NCBI GenBank assembly: GCA_963666835.2
Contig: CAXXGO010000006.1
Coordinates: 1,824,001-1,888,000, forward strand
Length of the DNA: 64,000 nt
Reading direction: 5' to 3'
Source of the DNA: Phycisphaerae bacterium
Lineage (GTDB): Bacteria > Planctomycetota > Phycisphaerae > UBA1845
Part shown: in pieces, positions 51,781 to 62,754 of the stretch
How the letters are laid out: each line of letters starts with the position of its first letter
Numbering within the stretch: the first letter of the stretch is position 1
Program-made: the position numbers and the translations under genes
Notes under the pieces: model-generated
The model's input: the letters and a program-made list of their open reading frames with translations, nothing else
What the model was told of the DNA's origin: nothing
The model's database searches: none

Positions 51781-51990
51781 CTAGCTGCCTTCTTCGACGC
51801 CGGGCTCCTGGTCCGCCGCGATGATGGCGCTTTCCAGCATACTGGCCAGGGTGGTCACCGTGGTCCGAATGATAGTCGAGGTGGCGAAGTCCTTGAACTG
51901 CAAGGTCGTGATGCCGCAGGGCCCGCTGAGCAAGCAGCCGCTGGCCAGCAAGATCCCAAGACAACCGCGACGCCATCGGGCGTTCCTCAT
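51781..51990 (-). CDS. Small putative lipoprotein (69 aa)
   Basis: MRNARWRRGCLGILLASGCLLSGPCG...: basic N-terminus, hydrophobic core, Cys. Confidence 0.55.
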   Translation of the reverse strand: MRNARWRRGCLGILLASGCLLSGPCGITTLQFKDFATSTIIRTTVTTLASMLESAIIAADQEPGVEEGS

Positions 51991-52043
51991 ATCGCTTCCC
52001 TTTCCCTGCCAACGCCATGACACGACCGGCGCGGCACTTTCAA

Positions 52044-52205
52044 CTACACGGATGCCGCCAGATTCTGCAGCAGAAAAATGGCCAGATCTGAACCCGACGA
52101 AAGAACCGCGCGAAGCCCAATGTCCGGATCAATGATGCACCCCTGAAAAGTGCAAGCACTCAGGATACATCCCCACTGGAGTATTCGATAGTAACGTGTC
52201 CTCAT
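52044..52205 (-). CDS. Small putative lipoprotein (53 aa)
   Basis: MRTRYYRILQWGCILSACTFQGCIIDPD...: FQGC lipobox-like, amphipathic tail. Confidence 0.55.
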   Translation of the reverse strand: MRTRYYRILQWGCILSACTFQGCIIDPDIGLRAVLSSGSDLAIFLLQNLAASV

Positions 52206-52516
52206 TTCACGTGCTGCCCAAGCAAACCAGAGTCGATATCTGTGTCCGCAGGTCAAATCAGACCGATGAGCTTACGGCTACGCCTGTGTGAAAACGCGCT
52301 ATGCCCAAGCCGGCTCGTTGCCGGACGACCTGCACGAAAACTCATTGAAGCAACGTCCACGGATATTGTCAAGCTCTATCTTACGAGGTTCGGCGAGGCC
52401 AAGCGGCATCCGTGTGCGAGCCGGTTACGGCCCAAGCTCGCGTGGCGCCGACATCCTGTCTGCATCTTCGGACATCTCGGTGGTCTATCGCCCGTCGAGC
52501 GGACGGGAATCCGGCG

Positions 52517-53770
52517 TCACGTGTCCACGCCGGTCGCCGCTTCGTCCTCCTCGGGTACGTCCTCGCCGGTGTATACGTCTCCCACGTCCGTCTTATCCAC
52601 GTCGCGCCGCAGAAGGAAGTAGATCACCGTGCTGCCGGAGAAGTAGAACGAGCATCCAAACGCCAACAACAGTCCGAACATCACCAGTACGTACGCCGAA
52701 ATGAAAGACGCCGAGAAGTACTCGTACCAGACCAGCCGGCTCCAATCTGGCCAGAACTGCAGGCCGCCCGAACCGGTGAACGGCCAGAGCAAGTCAAGCT
52801 TGGCCAGCGGAGCTTCCTCCGTTCCGCGGCTCCACCAACCGAAAGGTGAAGTGCCGAAGGCTACGACTCGGTGCGTAATATTCAGCGAGAAGATCAAAAA
52901 GAACTTGGCGAAGTACCAGCAGATGTGGCCATAGACGACTGCGATGAACCCGTACAGGATCGTCTTCCACGGTCTGGTGAAGGCGTAACTCAGTGACCGG
53001 GAGAAGGCATCAAAGGCGTCCTGCCCTTCCGTAACCACAGCCGGCCAGAATAGGTGTCCGCCCACCGCTAAGCCGAGGAACAGAAGCGTAATCACCAAGC
53101 CACCGATCAAACAGAGCCCGAACGCAATCCCTCCGATCAGGTCGCCAAGCACCGGTATGCGCAAGAACACCCCCGAAGCTACGAGTAGCAGGCCGATCAG
53201 GACCACAAACACAAGCGGCAGTAGGGGGGCGAGCAACGTGCCTCCCAGAAGGTGGGTTCCCGCAAAACGCAAGGCCTCGCGGGCGGAGACCTTCTCGTTG
53301 CGTGCAAACTGGAGAGCAGCGATTCGGCATATTGCTCCGCCGCCCCACGCCCAAATCACGAGGGAGCCCAGACAGAATAAGGCAAAGTACACGGGGTGGG
53401 AGTGCGCCAGCCAGATAGTGCTCGGCATTGCATGCGCGACACACCAACCAGATGGGTTCATGGAATCCGAGTCCGCTGTCTGCTGTATCGACCACCAGGC
53501 GGAAAACACCCCCTGACCACTGACGGGACCATCATAATGGCGGCCAAGCTGATCCACGACGGCCGCGGTCGGCATGGCCGAATCTTCCACCCCGCCGCCG
53601 AGGGTCGATACGAAATTCAGACAGATGCCCAGTGCGAACGTCGCAATCAATGCCGCCAAGGCGATCCCGAGCTTGGCGGGGTGCAGGGCGATTCCCAGAA
53701 TCCGCGCAAGATGGGGCAAGCCGGTCTCCTCAAGCCATCCGATGCCGGTTGGGGGTTGCTGGTCGTGCAT
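52517..53770 (-). CDS. Polytopic membrane protein of unknown function
   Basis: GAGGA RBS; many TM segments; EGQDAFDAFSRSLSY and IYFLLRRDVD. Confidence 0.85.
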   Translation of the reverse strand: MHDQQPPTGIGWLEETGLPHLARILGIALHPAKLGIALAALIATFALGICLNFVSTLGGGVEDSAMPTAAVVDQLGRHYDGPVSGQGVFSAWWSIQQTADSDSMNPSGWCVAHAMPSTIWLAHSHPVYFALFCLGSLVIWAWGGGAICRIAALQFARNEKVSAREALRFAGTHLLGGTLLAPLLPLVFVVLIGLLLVASGVFLRIPVLGDLIGGIAFGLCLIGGLVITLLFLGLAVGGHLFWPAVVTEGQDAFDAFSRSLSYAFTRPWKTILYGFIAVVYGHICWYFAKFFLIFSLNITHRVVAFGTSPFGWWSRGTEEAPLAKLDLLWPFTGSGGLQFWPDWSRLVWYEYFSASFISAYVLVMFGLLLAFGCSFYFSGSTVIYFLLRRDVDKTDVGDVYTGEDVPEEDEAATGVDT

Positions 53771-53999
53771 CGTGGGATCCTCCTCGTAACTTGCCGCTGT
53801 TTCCCGATCGTCGTGTTTTGCTTGCCAAGCCGTGCCGTGGTGGTCGGGAGCGAATGCTCGACTTGCACGGCCATCCTGTGACGAGTGACCGTAAGACTCG
53901 ATCCGCAAAGAACGGCACACCCGCCGATAGTTATGATTATAGTAACCGCTCGCCGATCGGCAACGCTACAACTACTCGGCGGAGGTTGCGCGCCGGTCT

Positions 54000-54824
54000 T
54001 CAATGTTCGCCGGTTGCCGTACCGGTCATCAGTTCGGCAATGAAATCGGCGACGGAGTTGATCAAAGCCTCGCGCGGCAACCTGTTGTTTATCCCGTCCG
54101 CTACCCGGCGAACAATTGCGCTGCCGACGACCGCGCCGTCGGCGTACTCGCAGACGGCTCGAACGTGTTGTGCGTTGCTTATCCCAAAACCAACGCATAC
54201 CGGCAGATCGGATAGCGAGCGTAGCTCCCCAACCACTTCCGGCAATGCCGATGAGATTGCCGTTCGTTCGCCCGTCGTCCCCGCTACCGCAATCTGGTAA
54301 ATGAACCCCGTCGATTGACGTGCGACGGCGGCGCGGCGCGCCGCTGACGCGGTGGGGGATACCAAACCAATGTAGCCCAGGCTCGCCGCGGCTGCGGCGG
54401 CCGAGGTGGGGGCGGACTCCTCGAGAGGGACGTCGGGGAGAATGACTCCATCGAAGCTCGAACCGGCGGCCTGATCCATGAACATCTGCAGGCCCGTGCG
54501 GTGTACGACCGAGTAGGACACCATCGCCACAATGGCGCAATTGACTTCGGGCCGTACTCGGCCGACGAGTCCGAACACATCCGCTACCGTTTGGCCGCGA
54601 GCTAGTACGTGAGTGAAGGAACTTTGAATCACCGGTCCGTCGGCGATCGAATCGGAATACGGAATGCCGATCTCTATCACCGCGGAACCAAGAGCATCGG
54701 CCCGGCGGATAAGTTCCGCGGTCGCCTCCAGATCCGGGAACCCGGCCGTGAGGTAGGGGAGCAGGGCCCCGCGCCCGGATCTTCTGGCGTCACCGAGTAT
54801 CTTCTCGATTCGAGCTGTCGTCAC
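54000..54824 (-). CDS. trpA: Tryptophan synthase alpha subunit
   Basis: PYLTAGFPD, IEIGIPYSDSIADGPVIQ, GTTGER, VGFGIS, DGAVVGSA. Confidence 0.97.
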   Translation of the reverse strand: MTTARIEKILGDARRSGRGALLPYLTAGFPDLEATAELIRRADALGSAVIEIGIPYSDSIADGPVIQSSFTHVLARGQTVADVFGLVGRVRPEVNCAIVAMVSYSVVHRTGLQMFMDQAAGSSFDGVILPDVPLEESAPTSAAAAAASLGYIGLVSPTASAARRAAVARQSTGFIYQIAVAGTTGERTAISSALPEVVGELRSLSDLPVCVGFGISNAQHVRAVCEYADGAVVGSAIVRRVADGINNRLPREALINSVADFIAELMTGTATGEH

Positions 54825-55311
54825 CGTTGTAGCCCCATCATATTGGCGTCGAGTTCAGTACTTTGCCGGAATCGCCTGCAACTCCGCAAGCCCTATGTCG
54901 CGTTCACCGCCAGTTCGAGTTGCGACGATTGTGTCGGAAATCGTGGCTGCGCGAAAATAGTGTGGGCCGACTTTTTTCGGAGCCTTGATCATTCGTCCGC
55001 AGATAGAAGGGGGTTAGACGATGAACCAAGGACGCGGTGAGCCTGTGTAAGTCTCGTGTGGCCAGCATGTTACAGCGGGCACGGGGCGTCCACGACACGC
55101 TCTCGGGTCCTCTTCGCCGGTCTCAATAATGTCGCCGGGGATTGGGACGCGGCAGGTGATGCAACCACCAACGATAGCATAGGTTACGGCAGGCCGGGCA
55201 CGCGGGGGCGGTCGGTTGCGGATGAAGCGAGACGGAGCAAAGCGAGTTTACGGTTTTTCAGGGCGGCATTCGATCGAGGATCACGACCCGCGAGATTATC
55301 GCGTTTTTTTC

Positions 55312-55340
55312 TTGGGCGGCTACCAGGACGGGAGTATAAT
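55312..55340 (+). promoter_or_regulatory. Promoter upstream of the 6S RNA candidate
   Basis: TTGGGC-17 nt-TATAAT. Confidence 0.6.
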
Positions 55341-55361
55341 TCAATAGTCTGATTCGGTGCG

Positions 55362-55533
55362 GCTGCCGTGCTCGACGGGGAGCCCACATTGGCTGAACCG
55401 ATAACAGAACCGGTGGAGGCTTTGCTCGGAACCAAACGACGTACCGACCCCTTTGAGGTTGGCGGTCTGGGATTCGGCGAGCCACCCACGTTTAACATAG
55501 GGTTCTGTCATTGGCTCCCATCGGCACAGCGGC
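55362..55533 (+). ncRNA. ssrS: Probable 6S RNA
   Basis: Long irregular hairpin (GCTGC..GTGC/GCAC..GCGGC, GGGAGCC/GGCTCCC, ACAGAACC/GGTTCTGT, GGCT/AGCC). CTGAACCGATA and CCAC...AAC..AGGGTTC resemble E. coli 6S CTGAGCCGATA and CACC..GAACCAAGGGTTC. Confidence 0.75.
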
Positions 55534-55704
55534 GGTTGCCCGGACGGACCTTGTAAACCGCGGGCTTGCGGCTTGATCGCAAGCCCCTTTTTTGCGCGCT
55601 GCGCAAAGGGGGCAGTGCCGCGGGCGCGACGCCGGAGACCGCCTCTTCTGATCCCCGTTTATGCCTTCCGTGCAATCGAAGTTTCCGGTGGTATACTCTC
55701 AGCC

Positions 55705-56928
55705 ATGAACGCGATGGTGCTTTTCGAGGACGTCGGGTATGCCAACCTCCAGCCGTTGCTCGGTTGGCGTTCGCTATTTGAGCTGCGGATCGGACGGAAG
55801 ATCGTCCTCGATAGAATGGCCCAGATTCTGGGCTTGCCCGTTGTCGGAGTCTGGACGCGCCCGCGGATGGCGGGAGTGGCGGCCCAGCGTTGCGGTGCGC
55901 CGGCCAACGGGCGGTTGCCCGAGAACACTCTTCTCGTCAATGGTCGCTGGTTGCCGAGCGGACCGGTTGATTTCCCTGCGGCGCCGTGCGCCGGAGTCGT
56001 CGGGGATGACGTTGCCTTTGTCATTTGTGATCGCAAGCTGGCGGAGAGGCTGGCACCGGAAGAGATGCTCAACCGGGAACGACTGCGCGGGGCTCTGTAC
56101 GGGGTGCCGCGAGTTGCCGCCACCGGTCGGCTTATCGGATATCCGTGGGATGTTATAGCCAACCTCCGTGATTCCTTGAAAGAGGACTGGTGCGAGCCCG
56201 ACGCCTGCATCGAGACCGAACTGGACCCGCGAGTTGATCTGGAGCACGTCGACCGGATCCACATCGGGCAGAATTCGCAGATTCATCCGACCGCAGTAAT
56301 CGACGCGTCCACCGGCCCGGTGTTCATCAGTCACAATGTGCATGTCGGGCCTTACTGCGTGATTGAGGGACCGGCCTACATCGGGCCCGGGTCGCGAATC
56401 AACCCGCATGCCTGGCTGCACGACGGCGTCGCCACCGGAGCCTGCTGCAAGATCGGCGGCGAAATAGACGGCTGTATTTTCCATGGCTACACGAACAAGC
56501 AGCACAACGGCTTTCTCGGGCATGCATACGTCGGCAGTTGGGTCAACATCGGGGCCGGGGCGAACAACTCCGATCTCAAGAACACTTACAGCAGCGTGCG
56601 GGTGACCCTGGAGAACGGCGAAGTCGATACCGAGCAGATGTTCTTTGGAGCCGTCATCGGTGATCATGCTAAGCTCTGTATCAACGCTTCGTTGCCTACC
56701 GGAGCGGTGGTCGGAGTTGCTGCGGTGGTGGCCACGACCCGGTTCACTCCCAAATCCGTGCCCGCGTTCGCGTGGCTGACGGACGAGCAACTGTCACCGG
56801 GCAAGCCCGACCTTCTCCTTGATGTGGCGACCCGGATGATGGTGCGGCGCAATGTGGACATGACCGACGCCGAAGTGGAGCTATTCCTCGAACTCGGCGA
56901 ACGCCAGTCAAACGGCGACGTCTGTTGA
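55705..56928 (+). CDS. GlmU-like putative sugar nucleotidyltransferase with hexapeptide repeats
   Basis: LFED...NLQPL...FELRIG, LVNGRW, KIGGEI, NKQHNGFLGHAYVGSWVNIGAG.NNSDLKN. Confidence 0.9.
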   Translation: MNAMVLFEDVGYANLQPLLGWRSLFELRIGRKIVLDRMAQILGLPVVGVWTRPRMAGVAAQRCGAPANGRLPENTLLVNGRWLPSGPVDFPAAPCAGVVGDDVAFVICDRKLAERLAPEEMLNRERLRGALYGVPRVAATGRLIGYPWDVIANLRDSLKEDWCEPDACIETELDPRVDLEHVDRIHIGQNSQIHPTAVIDASTGPVFISHNVHVGPYCVIEGPAYIGPGSRINPHAWLHDGVATGACCKIGGEIDGCIFHGYTNKQHNGFLGHAYVGSWVNIGAGANNSDLKNTYSSVRVTLENGEVDTEQMFFGAVIGDHAKLCINASLPTGAVVGVAAVVATTRFTPKSVPAFAWLTDEQLSPGKPDLLLDVATRMMVRRNVDMTDAEVELFLELGERQSNGDVC

Positions 56929-57444
56929 GAAAGGGCGACCGGCTCCGGACCTATTACCGCTGACGTTATCAAGAGACGTCCTCGACGAGGTGTGTGCATC
57001 GCACGGCCGTGCCGTGATCTCATTTCCGCGCAGGATCGCTCCGCTGCGAGAGAGTGAACTGCGGGCAATACGCCGGCGTTGCGTCCTCCAGCCCAGGGTT
57101 GCCGCGCGGCGGCTACCCTGGGATCACGGTCGGATGAGAGATCAACCCCAACCGGGGTTGCGTCACTGTGACTGGTCTTTGGCACCCCGTGGGCGCGACC
57201 CAGGTTGGGGTCGATTCAGAGGATTCGCCTGTACCCAGGGTGATCGCCACACGGTCGCGGTGGACATATGTCACTATCTTCGGCGTAAGGTCGAGAACCA
57301 GACGCCGACGTTCCCCGGCCGTCGCCGACGCTGAATCGCGGACAGGTGCCAAACCGCGGCCGCACGCAACCCGACGATCCCTCCAAAGTGCGGCAGTGCC
57401 GTTGCTGCTGCGGTTGTCCAACGACCGCTGGCGATTCCCTTCGC

Positions 57445-57741
57445 TTACGACTTCTCGCGAACGCTGCGGAGTTTGTCCTCGATGGTCTGCGCGCGGTCGG
57501 TGCGGGTCCCGAGCTTGATCGTCGTGGAAATGCGCGGCGCCCCCATGGCGTGTACGGTCTCATGGCAGCGCTTTACCGCGGCCATGACCGTATCCCAATC
57601 CCCTTCGATGTTCGTTCCGTACCCGTGCAGGTGCGGCGTCAGCCCCGCCTCAGTCAACACCTTCTCGCAGGCGACGACGTACTTAGAGACCGACACGCCG
57701 ACCCCGACGGGCACCACACAGAGATCCATAATCACATTCAT
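57445..57741 (-). CDS. MTH1187/YkoF family thiamine-binding protein
   Basis: VIMDLCVVPVG..SVSKYV...HGYGTNIEGDWD...GAPRI...GTRTD; AGGAGG RBS. Confidence 0.93.
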   Translation of the reverse strand: MNVIMDLCVVPVGVGVSVSKYVVACEKVLTEAGLTPHLHGYGTNIEGDWDTVMAAVKRCHETVHAMGAPRISTTIKLGTRTDRAQTIEDKLRSVREKS

Positions 57742-58051
57742 CTTCGAGCCTCCTTGAGCAACCTGCCTATTCTAAGGCGGTTCAAGGCGCGGGGCCACCA
57801 GGGGTAGGAGATTGGAGCCGTCTTAGAGCGAACCCGGGACGCGTGTTTGCGTCGCGCCGATTCTGGATGTGGACCGGAGGCCGGGGCAACGGAGAGCTTC
57901 GAGCAGGTTGATTGCGCCAGACCGAGGGCGAGAAGATACCCGGTGTTTTGGGGATGCTCGCCTTCACCGTATTATCCTACTACGATTCGAGTATGGGGGA
58001 CAAGAACGCCCGGAACACGCGTCAGCTACGCAAAGAGACGGAGACGTTCAG

Positions 58052-58531
58052 ATGAAACGAAAGACCATCATCCTGGTTTCGATTGTCTTGGCGGTTCTTC
58101 TGCTTTGGTACGTGTTTGTCCCGGAGGTTGGTTGGGATGGCAGCGTTATGAGCCGGATCGTAATAACGGTTGTCGATGGGCAGACGCGAACGCCGATCGC
58201 GAACGCTGCCGTCGAACTGCGCCGTCCTCGCAGGGAGAAAACTCGGGCGGGCTTCAGCCCGGACTTCTATGACAAGCTCGTGGCGAAAGCCGGCACGGAC
58301 GAGTCCGGTACGGCGACGGTATCAGCGGCTTTTGGTGCCGGCGGAACCACCGGAATTCTCGGTCGATCCGGACGAGTGGTGTACTTCGATACTTGGTTGC
58401 AGGTGTTTGCCGACGGATACGAGACCACGCGCTCACCTCTCAGTCGATACACTGGGAGCACGCGGTCTGTCGGGCGCAGTCAAGACATCGAAATCGTCAT
58501 TGAGCTTGCCGCGGTACGGCATGACCCGTAG
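58052..58531 (+). CDS. Hypothetical membrane-anchored protein with an Ig/transthyretin-like domain
   Basis: MKRKTIILVSIVLAVLLLW; VVDGQTRTPIANAAV...GTDESG...ADGYE. Confidence 0.7.
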   Translation: MKRKTIILVSIVLAVLLLWYVFVPEVGWDGSVMSRIVITVVDGQTRTPIANAAVELRRPRREKTRAGFSPDFYDKLVAKAGTDESGTATVSAAFGAGGTTGILGRSGRVVYFDTWLQVFADGYETTRSPLSRYTGSTRSVGRSQDIEIVIELAAVRHDP

Positions 58532-58649
58532 CGGATGCCGAGGTGTTTCCGAACAAAGAGCGTGGAAATACGAGACCGTTCCCCAGGAGCCGAGGATCTA
58601 CTGTGTTCAATGGTACCAACCTCATCAGGCGGTCACGCGGTAATCCGTT

Positions 58650-58952
58650 CCGAAGGGCCGCGGGATGGCGGTTCTCGAAGCAGCCTGGAAGTCCACGCTA
58701 CGAGGTGTCGGAAGCTTGCGTTCCGGAAAGACGGACGGTTCAATCGCCACGCCCCGCGAGCAATGGCCCCGAAGGGGCCGGGGCATGTAGCCACGGGTGG
58801 AGCGAAGCGTAACCCGTAGGGACGATTGACTCTCTCGACATGCCGCCCCGAAGGGCCGGAGGACCGCAGCTCGCGATGCAGGCTGGAAGCCTACGCTACG
58901 GACCGGCCCGAAGGATGGCAGCTCTCCAAGCAGACTGGAGGCCTGCGTTACG
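58650..58952. repeat. Cluster of degenerate REP-like elements
   Basis: gcag(c/g/a)ctgga(a/g)g...cg(c/t)tacg x3 (~58680, 58878, 58930) interleaved with ccgaaggg(g)cc and gtagccacgggtggagcgaagcg. Confidence 0.6.
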
Positions 58953-59041
58953 GGCCACGCGGCGGAAGGGCATGGTCGAGGCGCAAGATGCGCGTTGGGT
59001 TGCAGTAACGACGAAAGGTTGCTGCGGCGTTCGATGGACTG

Positions 59042-59761
59042 TTACGGCGGGGTGTCGAAGTCGGCCAGCTTGAGATCCTCGGCGGGATCGTCCGTGCGGA
59101 CGTAGAAATCGTTGATGCGTTGGCGGTGGAACTTGCGGTAACCGCGGGCGGTGAGGTACGGTTCGATCTCATTCCCGGTGGGACGGTCGTTCTCGACAAC
59201 CAGAACTCGCGGACGGAACCGGTCCAGATCAAGCCCCTCGAGGACCTCCAACTCGCAGCCCTCGGTATCAATCGAAACCAGATCGATGGACCAACCGGCG
59301 TTGGGAACCCACGGACCGCGACCCGGCGGGGGGTTCTTCCGCTCGTGGCGGAGAACGTCGTTGAGCGTAACGACCGGCACCTCGATTTCCACGAGCGTCG
59401 CGCCCTCACGCCGGCAGCGGTCGACGTGTTCCTGGTCGGCCTTCAGGAACGACAGAACGGGACGGTTCTGGGCCACGGTGAACTTGGCCGTGCGCGGGCT
59501 GCCCGGCTTGCTGACCGCGGCGTTGATCACTCTGCTGCGGACCCGGGCGGTCGCGGCCTTCTCGCACAGCTCGCGGATCGGCTCGATTAGGATCCCGTGC
59601 CATCCCATCTGCTCTAGAAAGTACGTATTGCTGATCGTAACGCCGTCGAAGGCCCCGACATCGATGAAGTAGCCGCTCGGTCTTTGACGAAAAACCTCCC
59701 ACAAGACCCGGTCTTCACCGAATTGGGCCTTGTATAGATGATCGATCGAAATGGTTGTCAT
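59042..59761 (-). CDS. FkbM family methyltransferase
   Basis: AQFGED, FIDVGAFDGVTISNT, GILIEP, SIDTEGCE, VVEN. Confidence 0.93.
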   Translation of the reverse strand: MTTISIDHLYKAQFGEDRVLWEVFRQRPSGYFIDVGAFDGVTISNTYFLEQMGWHGILIEPIRELCEKAATARVRSRVINAAVSKPGSPRTAKFTVAQNRPVLSFLKADQEHVDRCRREGATLVEIEVPVVTLNDVLRHERKNPPPGRGPWVPNAGWSIDLVSIDTEGCELEVLEGLDLDRFRPRVLVVENDRPTGNEIEPYLTARGYRKFHRQRINDFYVRTDDPAEDLKLADFDTPP

Positions 59762-62602
59762 AAGGGAGGCACCTCCGCGCATTCCGGCGGCACTACCGCC
59801 GCGCAGAGTCGGTCCGCCCCCCCCACGGCACTCGCCGACTCCGCCGCGGGAGGCACCACTTCCGATAACGGTGCCGTAACCGGGGCACTTGCCCCCGGGG
59901 TCGTCGGGAGGACCCCGCCGCGTTGCAGCTCCTTTACCAGCGAGGTAAGCCGGTGGCTGTACAGGTGCTCCGCCAGAGTCCGCCGTTGACCGGCCAGGGC
60001 AATCTGCCTGCGGTCATCCGGATGGGTCAGGTAATACGAGGTCTTCTCCAACAGCTCCTGTTCATTATGGAAGACCTCGCACTCCTTGCCGATCTCGAAG
60101 AACTCTCCGAGTTCGGCTGTCGGGTAGGTCAACATGAACCCGCCGTGGGCCGTGATCTCAAAATGACGGAGAATCAGCCCGCTTTCGAGATTACCCTTGA
60201 TCATGTTCAAGCAGACCGGAACCTGCCGCATGCGTTTGTGGAGCAGTTTGAGATCCCAGATTCGCGGAGTGTGCTTCAACCCGCACAGATTCTCCCAGTG
60301 ATCGCCGATCAGCTCGAAGTTCTCCCCCAACTTGCGCTTGAGGAACCGGGCGAACCGGTCCCGCTGTTTGACCGCAAGATACGCGTTGTATACGAACTTG
60401 TCGCCGTAGTATCCGGCGGCTTTCCGCGCCCGGACCTCCCGAGAGTCCTGGGGAGTCGGCGGATCAGCGAATCCGTATAGATCAAAGTAGATGCTGTGAA
60501 ACGGCACGTCTGGCAGATCCGCCCGCACGGCCGCGGCCGTCAGGCCCGGCAGCAACTGCCCCGAGCCGATCGTCTGGTTGGACTTGAACCACGACGAACC
60601 CGGATGGCCCATGAACGCCAGAACCGGACCGGACTCGTCAACGACGGCCGGGCTAGTGTCGTATTCGCCGTCACCGGCCGCCATGGGCACTCTGATTACG
60701 TTGGGAACGCCCAGTCGAATCAGTTCGTCGGCGTGGGCACGCTCCATGACTCCCTTAATCCAGGTCGGGCTTTCCAACAGGTGCCAATGATCCGCCCACT
60801 CCACCTGAGCCATTGTGGAGGTGATCGGATCCAGGTAGCACGCGACATAGGGGATCCCCAACGCGGCCGTCGTCAATTGCATCTGCCCGGCGTTTTTGCC
60901 CGACGGAACCAGGGTAAGGGCACTGGTGTTGAAATCGACAACAAGCTCGATGTCGTGTTCTTCCAGAAACGGTCGGTAGATTGCTCCGTCACGCAAACGC
61001 GCGTCCAAAGAGCGGTTGAAGTCCGGGTTCGGCACCTCGGGAAGCAGGTAGGTATCGAAGCCGGCGACGCGTGCGGCCCGCTCGAGTTGCGCCGTAGTAG
61101 CCACCCGGAGCCGCCGCCGGACGGATCCACTTCCTCCCGGACACTCGGCAGACTCTACTCGAAGAACCGGCGGTTTTGCCGGACTTTGAGGCGGCGGGCA
61201 AGTGATGCTCGGAGTCGGCTTGGCAGGGCTTGTGACGACAATACGGTCAGTCTCGTCTCCCTGTTTCACCCGACCGGCAGACGTTGCTTCCCGAGTGGAA
61301 GTGAAGCAGTCAAGCCGGGCATGCTTGAACATCCGCTGGAGACGATCCTCCCAAGTATGGTCGCGCCGCAGGCGCGCAAGGGCGGCGGTACCAAGAGCCC
61401 GTCGTCTCGCGTCATCGGCGAGCAGCTCGGCGATAATCGCACGAGCCTGCCCCGGAGTGTCAAATAGTCCGATTTCCTTGTGCGGTTCGAACAGGTCCGC
61501 TAGACCCCGGCGGTTGATGTGGACCTGAGCAACCCCCGACGCCGCAATCTGAAACGGCTTATGACTGGCGCCTTCTTCCTCGCCGCCCTGCGAGATGTTG
61601 ATGGCGATCTTACCGCGGGCGTACACGGCGGCTTGATCGCGATAGTCCACCCATCCGCCCCCGGGTATGCCCCGCGAGGACCAGTCCGACCCGAACACCG
61701 CCAGGCGGAAATACCGGGCGAGATACGACAAGATGAAGGTGCGTTGCCAGGAAAGGAATGACCAGAGGATCTCGGTCGCGGCGAAGTAGGTGTGATGGTT
61801 GGCCAGCAGCCAGCGGGATGCTTCGGCGTGGTCGTTCTCCAGTTGCTCAAACAGGTCGAAACCCGGGGTGTTCGGAGAACTCTGCCGATGTTGCGTCCAT
61901 TCGTTGCCCAAGGCAGTCAAAGGACCAACAAGTGAATCCGGAGCGTCCTTCCGCCAGAGTTCGTCCAGCCTCGTCCGGACTGACTCAGCCACGATGGCGC
62001 TGATCGCGTTTTGGTCGGGCTCGTTTTGTTCGAGGAACGGCTCCAAGGCGGGGATGGGGGCCGGGGGCGACCCGACGACTGCCACCACGTCGTACTCCGG
62101 GTTCACCGGTCCGACGGGATTCATAAACTCGGGATCTTCAGCCACCGGCACCCCGAAACAGCTCCGCCAGCCCAGCAGACGCTTGAGCTCTCGAGCGTGG
62201 ACGTCACTCTTGAGGAAGTGGTGCTTCGCCCCGCCGCGCAACATCGGCTGAAAGTCGTCTCGCAGTGATTGTCTCTCGAGGAACCACTGAGGGATGGTCC
62301 GTCCACCACAGCAAGTGGGGGATTCCCATTCTGTCGAACAGGGTCGATATCTCGCCGCTCGGCAGTGTTACGCAAGGCCATTCCGTTGTGCCATTGGTCC
62401 CCAATCCGATGACGGCCTGCACGTTTTCGCGGCGTAAGCCCGCTTCCATCCGGGCCGTGATTACGTCGAGGCTCTCCGTCGGCACCTGACGCATCTCCAG
62501 CATCTGGAACACCGCCGTGCGAATGCCCATCCTCCGGGCAGCCTGCATCATCTGGGCAATGTAGAAGCAACTGACCCGTCCGGGACACTGCAGGAACAAC
62601 AA
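59758..62602 (-). CDS. Double-domain CgeB/Glyco_trans_1_2-like glycosyltransferase; frameshift at ~62291-62293; start uncertain
   Basis: Two 'KPFQIAASG / RHFEITAHGG ... HTWEDR / HLYSHR' modules; removing one C joins WWTDHP to QWFLERQSLRDDFQPMLRGG. Confidence 0.8.
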
Positions 62603-62754
62603 GGTCGGGGGTAACGTCGCGCTTCCACCGGGGTGGGATTACCGGCGGAGCTGCGTCCGTCGTTTTCTCACTCAGATCAACCGAGTGGGCCGCCTGACGT
62701 CGGGAAGTCAATGCCGCGTTGCGGATTCTGTTCGTCCATCCTTTTTCGTATCAC

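Noticed and set aside
56930..57440. Possible small gene or ncRNA in the intergenic gap
   Set aside because: No convincing RBS, motif or fold seen by eye.
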